A DNA stretch of 64,000 nucleotides from Amoebophrya sp. A120 (lineage: Eukaryota > Protista > Dinoflagellata). The position numbers and the translations under genes are program-made. Below are positions 57,057 to 64,000 of this stretch, piece after piece. The number at the start of each line of letters is the position of its first letter. Within the stretch, counting starts at the first letter, position 1. The notes below the pieces were generated by a model, which was given only the letters and a program-made list of their open reading frames with translations, was not told the DNA's origin and searched no databases. Location of the stretch: the NCBI GenBank assembly GCA_905178155.1, contig CAJINV010000001.1, forward strand, positions 13,142,635-13,206,634, read 5' to 3'.

Positions 57057-60000
57057 TCACTCCCACATTCTCGAGCTACTTCCCCCTCCTCTCTGCCAAC
57101 TGCTGCTGCTTGCTGCCCCTCCTGCCGTCGGAGACGATAGGCCCCCGCCGGACGAGGACGTCTGACTGGCCAACCGCTTCGTCTTCTGCACGGCCTTTTT
57201 GCTCATGGATCCGCGCCTCTCGGGCAAGTGCAGGAAATTACAGGCGTCCCCCAGTCGGCATTTGCCGGTGGTCTCCCAGTGCACGCAACCCTTGGTCTTC
57301 GCATTGCTCGGCGCGTCGTTCTGATTGGTATAGTCCGCCCAAGTTTTCAGCGGGCCGCCGCTGCGATTTAGCCGCACGGAGGGACTCGAGTCGCCGCTTG
57401 GAAGCTGCAACAGCGTCGCCGCGGGCGGGGGCGGCGGAGTCGTGGGGTTGTAGTTGCTGTCATTATGCGAAGGGCGGCGGGCAATTTCAGGTGGCCTGAA
57501 AGCCGGATTGGACGTTGTCGGAGACGAAGGTGCTACATTTGTGGTTGTTCCGCCCCCCGGTGCAGCTCCGGCGACTGCACCACCACCCGTGCCAAACGAC
57601 CCACTCCGCATTGCTGGCGAATAGTTGTAGCTCAAGATGTTAGAAGGACTACGTAAAGTAGAAGATGCTGCCGGCAGAGCCGGAGAAGCTGCCGCAGTTT
57701 TCGGGGTCGCGGAAAGACTTGTGCTTGTTTTCGGCGTTGTTGTCCCAGTATTGAAGCTACTCCTGGTCGTTCCGTCCGCTGCTGTATTCCCAATTCGGTC
57801 TGCTCGAGATTGTACTAGCATTTTTTGCTCGTCCCCCAGAGGACCATCGAGCTCTCTGCCTTCGACAAAGGGAGACGATTGCGCGCTTGACGACCCCCCG
57901 TCGCGGGGGTCGCCCTGACTGCTGGCGCTCTTGCTGCTTTGCGATGCGGATGCGGAGAAAAATTTTCGTGCCTCAAAGCGTTCCGGTCCGGGAGGCCGCG
58001 GCTTCCGCTCTTTTTTCTCTGCTTCTGCACCCGACTTCTTCGCTTTTTTGTTTTTAGTTCCCGAGCTAGTTGATTTGGGTTTACTCCCTACTTGGGTAGA
58101 AGTAGCTGCACTCGTCATCTGCGGATCATGTTGTGCCTGCAGTAAAATAAGATCATCCACTTGAGAGTTGGGGATTATGGGAGAACCAGGAAAGGATTCC
58201 CCGCCGGCACTCGTGGCACTAGGCCGCGAAGTTGACGTGGCGCCGGCATTCCCGCTGCGGCTGGACTTTTCGCTCGAGGCCCCAGCGTGCAAATACGTTT
58301 TGTCGTTGGAGGAAGACGTTTTGTTTTCTTCAGTCGACTCTTCCCGCACCGCGGCTAAATACTGCGCCATCAAAAATTGGCTGGCCGCTGGCATGGCGCC
58401 GGGTGGTGGCGGAGAAGATGAACCAAAAAGAGTGGTCGTTGTTCCACCTACGCCTCCTACTTCTGCTCCGGCGGCCGCTCCTGCCAGCAGCATCATCTGC
58501 ATCTGCAACGCCTCCGGTAGTGGTGCTGCGAGGTTTGGATTTTCATTTTGCAGTCCGGCGCCGGGTGCATCACTTCCGTTTCCAGCCGGAAAAGGCGATC
58601 CGCCAGCACCGGCCGCTGCGCCGAGCAGACCGGGGAAGTGCGCTGGTAGCAACAGCGGATCCATAAACGCCGGGTCCATCAGGCCGCCGGGGCCGAGGAG
58701 GGGCTGTCGCATCATATGATCAGCAGAAAAGGCACCACTAGGCGGTGCGATCCCCATGTTGCCTCCGCCAGGAGGTGGGCCGGCGGTCGCGTTAACGCTA
58801 CTGAGGTCTCCTCCTGCGAATGCTGCCGGGAAGAGCTGTGGAAAAGAAGCGCCACTTGGATGAAAAAGCAGCTCGGGCATCGCTGCGGAAACAAACGCTG
58901 CATGGTTTGAGTTTGTGGTTCTCATCATCTCCTCGCCTGTGCCTGTCCACGTCGCGGAAGCCGTGGCCCAGACGCTGTCGCCCAAGAGACTGGAAAAGGC
59001 GCTCTGTCGCTCTTTGCGCACGCATATGAGAGTGGACAACTCGTCCTCCCCATTCTTACCATTAGCTGTGGAGGTTTAGCTTTCGTGTCTACAGCCACAC
59101 GAAAGCTAGCATTAATGTTGACAGGTTCTGCTTCACAAATCTGAATGTCTAAATAAGTTACCGTGCGCGAAGTACCAAAAGCAACACAAGGCAGGGATAG
59201 GAAAAGGAATGCATTTGAGATTTTGCATGACAAATTAATGAGGGGGAGCAGGAGGACCACGAGTTGTGCACTTTCATAACGCAGGCGTCCACGTGCTGGT
59301 GGAGCTCCTTCGCTACATTTCGACTTACAACAGCACCCACGTCGAGGACTTTCCCACCCAAGGCGCGCTGCACGCTCTCTGTAGTTGTTTTTGGAAACGC
59401 ACTCATTCTAGACTAAGCAGAGACAAAAACATAAACAAGATCATGGACAAGGAACGACAGGTATGTTCCTGGTGGCTTAGCAAATCTCATAAAAAATGAC
59501 AAGCTGTAGAAAATTCCAAAACATGATCCTCTAGGTCATGATCACTTACGCTTAGCAGCTGGTAAAATAAACTAACAGTACCTGTGGTAGGCTGCTCGCT
59601 GCTGCTTATCTCCCCGGCGCTTGTCTTCGAAGCGCTGTCGTCTAGTCCGGTCATGTGCATGCTGTTATTTGAGGGCGAGCTTGGCCGCGAGGACTCGACA
59701 CCCGCTGATGGTAATGCCCCCGCCCCAGGCCCAGGGTTAGAACTCTCTCTGCTAGCAACACGACCACCTCCATCTGCGGTCATTTCCAGTGCTCTTGCGA
59801 CGTAGTTGCAGTACAAGGCCTGAATATCCCGGGCGGACCGATCCAGGGCCCGCGCTATCACCTCCTTTGGAAGGTACCGCGATAATTCCAGCCGAGGACC
59901 GCCGCTCGACGGCAACCGGCTGTGGTCCAGACCCGATTGCTTGCTGGACACACTGTGCTCGAGAAAGTCGAAACCGCGGACGTCTTGCATGCTGGATAAA

Positions 60001-60839
60001 GGTTCCAGGTCCGGGGTCATGGGCGACGGGGTTTTTGGGTAAATGACCTGCGGACTCCGCGGGTCGCTGTTGGCCGTTGGCGATCGACGCTTCGGTTTCG
60101 GCAGGCCGAGCGAGTTGGAAGTTGTTGTACTAGGGGCGAGGACTTGGACCACAGTCGCCTTCGAGCTCGGGTTGCTGTAGTTCGGGGGCGTGAGAACCCT
60201 CCCCATCCCTCCGGGCGAGGGCTCCCGGAGCGGAATTGGAGCAGTCACTGCACCCTGCTCCGCTGCGACGGCGGCCGCGTAGGACCGCATCACGTTTACC
60301 ACGCTGGGGTGAAGCGGAGAGGCGGGTGCGGACTGCTGCTCGTTCACTGGCGAAGACCGGTCCGACGGGGGACTTGTCGGGCCGCTGTAATTTTTGTGGT
60401 CCAGCATAAGAACCTCCTGCTCCGTAGGGAGGTTCTTGTTTTCGCCAGCTGCACTGCTGGTGAACATCATTTGATGAAGATGGCCATCAGGAGGCTCAAG
60501 CCGCTGCTGCTGTGCAAGATGCTCAGCACTGTCTTGCCGCCTCCGCGCGTTCTGCTGGTGGAGGTGTTCCTGCCCGCCCACTACGTGGTCCTTCTCCTGC
60601 GACGAAGGTAAAACAACTCCTCTTACGCTGCGCTTGTGCGCGGGACTTTCAATGACAAGCTGCTGCGGCGATGCTCGCCCGGGGGAACGTGAGGATGCTG
60701 GTCCCTTCTGCTCGACATCCCTGTGGGAATGGTGTTGCTTTCTTGCCGACGAGGAAGCCAGCGCTCCCGGGGTCGTCGTCGTGTCAACAGAGGGCTCGGC
60801 TTTGGGCCCTTGCTGTGTACTACTGCTCATGGGGTGCAA
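57057..60839 (-). CDS. Low-complexity protein with a C-terminal CCCH zinc finger, three exons
   Basis: KTKGCVHWETTGKCRLGDACNFLH (C-x8-C-x5-C-x3-H); joins QPTT|ESVQR (GT-AG) and DACV|RKERQ (introner). Confidence 0.8.
59025..59278. mobile_element. TIR introner, family F (254 bp)
   Basis: TATGAGAGTGGACAACTCGT...ACGAGTTGTGCACTTTCATA; perfect ACGCA repeat. Confidence 0.93.
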
Positions 60840-62876
60840 AGAGGCGTCGGCGTCGGCAGTAGACAGCGCTCAACAAGAACACTGTCTGTTTAATCCGTCG
60901 ACGCGATCAAGTACATAAGCATCAACATGTTATCACCGGGATCGGGTTCACGTCAGTGCAACTCGGAATTGCCAAGAGCGTATAGGTCAACGAGAAGCCA
61001 ATTGCAATTGGCATTTGGTGTCGATTTTGTTTTTGACTCTTCATCGTGCATACGAATGGGTTTGAATTCGAAATTAAATGAAGGCGATAGATACATGTAC
61101 ATGGGTTTAGGTACTACTTACTTGATTTAAAATAAACTTTCTTGTGAATAGATACGTGCGCAACACGGGCTGATAAAAGTCACGAGTGACTACTTCGTGC
61201 TAGAGAGAGCTGGCACCATTTGCAGGAAGAGCACTCATGAAGGTTGAGCGCCATGATGTTCGTCTCCGTGTCGACTCAAGTTCATGTTCACCTAAAACTC
61301 GCAGGAAAAAATAAAAGGAAAAACGAACAGAAAAACCTACCGATTGACAATAAAAAAGTAGATCTAGATCTATTGTAACCGAGCACACGAGGACGAGAGA
61401 TCCGCGCGGATCCGAAAATACGACACGGAGACCGATAACGATCAGAAAAGAAAAAACCGATGACAAAGTAGTTGACTTTCAGTTTAGCCAAATCGAAAAA
61501 AGTTCCAATGCATTCCTCGCACCGATATTTATACGCATACTTTTAGGCAGTTAATTTTTGACTAAAAGCAGTTCAAGCAACATCCGAAACAAATTTGGAA
61601 GAACCGAAATACCGAATTCCTACTCGGGCAAACCGACTGCAGCAGAGCTGTTCGTGCCTGTCTTCGCCGATTACGCCTTCCTATGTCACGGCTGCGAAAC
61701 AAGTCAAAGTACTTAACAAGTGAATGACCATCAGGCCCAGGCTTGCTCTTCTTGCAACAGCAAATGCAAGAAGTAAAAGTATGTGTGTCCTCCTCGTGAT
61801 TGTTTCAATTTTGAATAGCCATTGTACATAATCAGCAAACTCGCCATCTATTCAGTGGCAGTGGGCGGATATGGATCTACTCCCCGTCGGGATTAATCGC
61901 GGAGGTAACTCCGTTCTTCGCCGGAGAATACCGGGCGAATTTTCGCATGCTGTGGCGCCCCCATTCTCAACCCCTGGTCGTGACCGGTCGTCGTGTGACA
62001 AATCTACGAAAAATTATTTACGATTTGTATACGTAATGGAAAATTGAAATTGAGACATCGTTAAAAATCACAATGAGTTGATACAAAGAAATCACAAACA
62101 TATCATGGGACTTCGTCGAGCCATCTGCTTTACCGAGCAATGCAGACCTACTTTGTGGCTCGTTCTTGCCGTGCTCGTCCCCGCCCCGCCCTTGTCCTTG
62201 AGCTTCAATGTCATATACTCTCGAACAGCGAATTTCTTGAACCAATTTGGTATTGATTTCAGTTACTCCTAGGTAAAAAACAAATTGCGAGTAAACACGA
62301 ATTTTTCCTTTTGTTTTCGACGTAAACATGATGAATGACAAAAGCTGCCTAGAACGAACGAAACACGATTTTTGGGAATTACAAGTTGCCCGTTCGCAAA
62401 TCCCACGCGGTTCGTTTCGATGATTGTTTTTTGCTATAAATGTAAACTACTGTTTTCGAATTGAGAAGAGCACGAGTCGAGCTCGAGGCCTCCCGTTCTT
62501 CGGTTTGATGATGTATCTAGTCAGATTTTAAAAATAGTGGTATTTTTACTCTGGCATGATTAAAAGCGCGATGAGAAGATAACTGGCATATATTAATTTT
62601 GGCTTTGGGTGGTACAAAAATGAATCCGCAACCACGCAGGAGGGGCCCTGATCTTGAGCAGACCGGCCTGCTCTGACACTCACTGCGAGAAGGATGTGAA
62701 GGAGCTGCAAGCACCGCACCATCTGTTCCTGCACACACTGACATGCGCATTCGCATTTACTCATGGGATACGGATAGTGAATAAATCTTCACTGCAAAAT
62801 TACTACAACAAGCAAGTCGCAACAGCACGAAAACTTCGAGCATTGACCGCCCTACATTTCGTCGTGTTCATTGTCG

Positions 62877-64000
62877 TTATGCACCCTGCGATTGGTCTCC
62901 GGGCATGATTTTCAGCACGGCCTTCCGCGTTTTTGCCACTACTTCTTGCAGGTCCTTGTCGGAGTGCAGCGACGAGATGCAGAGGCGGAGCGCAGGGGTC
63001 TCCGACTCGGTCAACTGAAATCGTCGCGTCAGTGCCTTTTCCACGGATCCCCTCTGCCACAAATCCAGCACGATGCCCCTATCTGCGAGCTCTTTCTGCA
63101 GGAGGCCAAGCAGCGAATTGTTGCCTGAAACGGCTCCGCCGGAGGAGGAGTGCTGGTTTATTTTTGTTTTTCTTGAAGTTTCTATTTTCTCGCGGAGAAA
63201 AATAACGTAGCTGGCGCCCGAGATTGCCAATTTGTCTCCCACCGCATCGTCCAAGCTTCGCCGCACGGTGTCCGCATTTAGTCTGAGCTGCTGAGCGCGC
63301 TGCGCAAAGGCGCCCTTGCCCAGTCTTTCCAGCACTTCCAGGTTCCATTTGCAAGACACGCCCGGCGCCGAGGCACTGAAGCAATACCTGGTTGGTGGTT
63401 AGAGTGGCTTGCAAGCTGCGAGAATAATTCGTTCGATCATATAATTGGGAAGACATCGCCCGGGAAACAAAGGAAAACTGAATTTCATAAATTTTTCGTA
63501 TTTCTACCCGCTGCTCGTCAGGCGAAGATCGCGTATCAAAGCATGGCTGGTGGCGCAGAAGCCCCCGATTCCGGCGATGCCGTATTCCAGCGAGGCCATA
63601 ATGACGTCGATTTCGGCCACGGAAACGCCAAAATAGTCGACGATGCCGCGGGGCCCGAGCGCTCCAAAGCTGAGGCTCTCGTCGAGTGCAAGCAGAACTC
63701 CGTACCGCTTTTTCAGCTTCAGCAGCGCAGGTAGGTCCAGTATGGTGCCGTCGCAGTGGGACAAGGCTTCCGCAATCACGTACGTGTGGCCCGTGATCGT
63801 CGACGACGTGGAGGCTGCTTTCCCCTTGTCGCCTCCTCCTGCTCCGCCGGCATTCATGTTCTTCTGCTCTTTTATCCTTTCCTGCTCCGACGTCTTCAAA
63901 AGGTGTTCAAGCTCCTCGGCGTCTTTGTAAAATTTCAGTTTGAAGCCCGAGCGGTTTAGCCGCAGGCCAGCCTTCACGCCAAAATTTACGCTTTCCTGGC
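62877..64000 (-). CDS. LCB1: Serine palmitoyltransferase subunit 1, 3' part
   Basis: LDESLSFGALG, IDVIMASLE (no PLP lysine, as in LCB1), GGFC, RLTSSG|YCFSAS, PALRLCIS; GT-AG intron at about 63388-63507. Confidence 0.88.

Noticed and set aside
4273-60839. Pseudogene or programmed-frameshift explanation for the broken ORFs
   Set aside because: Breaks coincide with TIR elements or GT-AG introns, and the flanking exons are intact and rejoin in frame.
61870-62005. Possible introner relic or ncRNA (TATGG, CATTCTCAAC, GTGACAAAT fragments)
   Set aside because: No matching second TIR or TSD and no recognisable RNA family.

Overview
Gene-dense eukaryotic DNA. All ~14 recognisable protein-coding genes lie on the minus strand and contain both GT-AG introns and non-canonical introns. 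This architecture best fits the parasitic dinoflagellate relative Amoebophrya (Syndiniales); the taxon is an inference. Recognisable genes: HRD1-like RING-H2 E3 ligase, a TPR + J-domain protein, a DM10-like protein, a DUF4203/TMEM198-like membrane protein, a CCCH zinc-finger protein and serine palmitoyltransferase LCB1 (partial). The dominant signal is 16 (plus one degenerate) MITE-like elements of about 110-290 bp, from about six sequence families, each interrupting a coding exon. They share TA(T)...(A)TA termini, terminal inverted repeats (TIRs), a 5-bp target duplication and an internal TGCATKACAAAT motif. They occur in both orientations relative to transcription, and removing the element plus 5 nt restores the reading frame without GT-AG. 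One carries a 5'-truncated RT-RNase H LINE (17-bp TSD). A 1-kb non-coding insertion with a 15-bp TSD and a 4.5-kb layered satellite block sit in canonical introns. All gene models and splice junctions were read by eye and lack transcript support.
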